64,000 nucleotides of DNA. Origin: the human T2T-CHM13v2.0 reference genome, Homo sapiens. Shown piece by piece: positions 62,669-64,000 of this stretch (the stretch's first letter is position 1; each line of letters begins with the position of its first letter). A program made the translations under genes and the position numbers. The DNA is taken from NCBI RefSeq assembly GCF_009914755.1, contig NC_060935.1. The stretch is one strand, 5' to 3'. The notes under the pieces are model-generated. The model was not told where the DNA came from. It worked only from the letters and a program-made list of their open reading frames with translations, and ran no database searches.

Positions 62669-64000
62669 TGCCTATGATGAAAAAGAAAATATCTTCAGAT
62701 ACAAACCAGAAAGAAGCTTTGTGAGTAACTGCTTTGTGATGTGTGCATTCATCTCACAGAGTTAAAACACTCTTTTGATTCAGTAGTTTGGAAACACTGA
62801 TTTTGTGTATTCTGCAAATTGGCATTTGGGGGCTCATTTAGGCCAAAGGTGAAAAAGCAAATATCCCAGGATAAAAACTAGAAGGATACTATCTGAGAAA
62901 CCACTTTGTGATGTGTGCATTGATCTCACAGAGTTAAACCTTTCTTTTGATTCAGCAGGTAGGAAACCCTGTTTTGGTACATTCTGGGAATGGACATTTT
63001 GGAGCTTGTTGAGTCCTACAGTGAAAAATAAAATATCTTCAGACAAAAAGTAGAAAGAAGATTTCTGATAAAGTGCTTTGTGATGTGTGCATTCATTGCA
63101 CAGTGTTAAACCATGTTTTGATTCTTCAGTTAGGGAACACAATTTTTGTGCATGCTGCGAATGGATATTTGGGAGCTATTGGGGTCAATGCTGAAGAAGT
63201 AAATATCCCATGGTAAAAACTAGAAGGAAGCTCTCAGAGAAACCACTTTGTGCATTCATCTCACAGAGTTAAAAGTTTCTTTAGATTCAGCAGTTTGGAA
63301 ACACTGTTTCTGTAGAATCTGTGAAAGGAAATTTGGGACCACATTGAGGCATATGGTGAAAAAGAAAATATCTTCAGGTAAAAACCAGAAAGAAATTTCA
63401 GAAAAACTGCTTTGTGATGTGTGTATTCATGTCACAGTGTTCAACCTTTGTTTTGATTCAGTAGTTTGGAAAAACTGTTTTTGTACGTTCTGCAAATGGA
63501 CATTTGGGAGCTCATTGAGGCCTATGATGAAAAAGAAAATACCTTCAGATAAAACTATAAAGAAGCTTTCTGAGAAATTGCTTTTTGATGTGTACATTCA
63601 TCACACAGTGCTAAATCTTCCTTTTGATTCAGCACATTGGAAACACTGTGTTTGTAGAATCTGTGAATTGGCATTAATTAGCTCATTGAAGCCAAAGTTG
63701 AAAAAGAGAATATCCCAGGATAAAAACAGAAGGAAGCTATCTCAGAAATTGCTTTGTGATATGTGCATTCATCTTGCAGAGATAGACTTTCTTTTGATTA
63801 AGCAGTTTGGAAACACTGTTTTTTAGAATATACCAATGGGCCTTTTTTTTTTAGCCCATTGAGGCCTTTTTTGAGAAAGAAAATATCTTCAGATAAAAAC
63901 TGGAAAGAAGCTTTCTGTGAAACTGCTTTGTGATTTTAGCATTTATCTCACAGTTGTACACCTTTCTTTTGATTCAGCAGTTAGTAAACACTATTTTTTT
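62669..64000. repeat. Diverged alpha satellite, inverted orientation (about 8 monomers, runs off the window)
   Basis: Reverse-complement monomers such as 'cattcatctcacagagttaaa...ttttgattcagcagtttggaaacactg'. Confidence 0.97.

Overview
Primate (most likely human) AT-rich, repeat-dense pericentromeric DNA at the edge of an OR4A olfactory-receptor cluster, ending in ancient monomeric alpha satellite. It holds one intact 315-aa OR ORF (20910-21857, recognised from memory as OR4A5) and two OR4A pseudogenes (about 6476-7388 and 38928-39843). These sit in five paralogous copies (A-E) of a duplicated upstream module; D and E lack the coding exon. Interspersed elements are many L1s (a full-length L1PA4-like copy, an L1PA3/L1PB chimera, tandem 3' ends), an internally deleted HML-6 (LTR3) provirus, a MER11 solo LTR, THE1/MST MaLR elements, Alu/FLAM, MIR and microsatellites. 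I see no convincing evidence of a new protein-coding or RNA system. The most notable signals are repair and transposition scars: a double-hairpin junction at an alpha-satellite strand switch, a probable L1 3'-transduction of an older L1, a short templated insertion copied from 1.4 kb away, an out-of-register L1 chimera, and degenerate GPCR motifs in the 'intact' OR. Subfamily names come from recalled diagnostic motifs, not from database searches.
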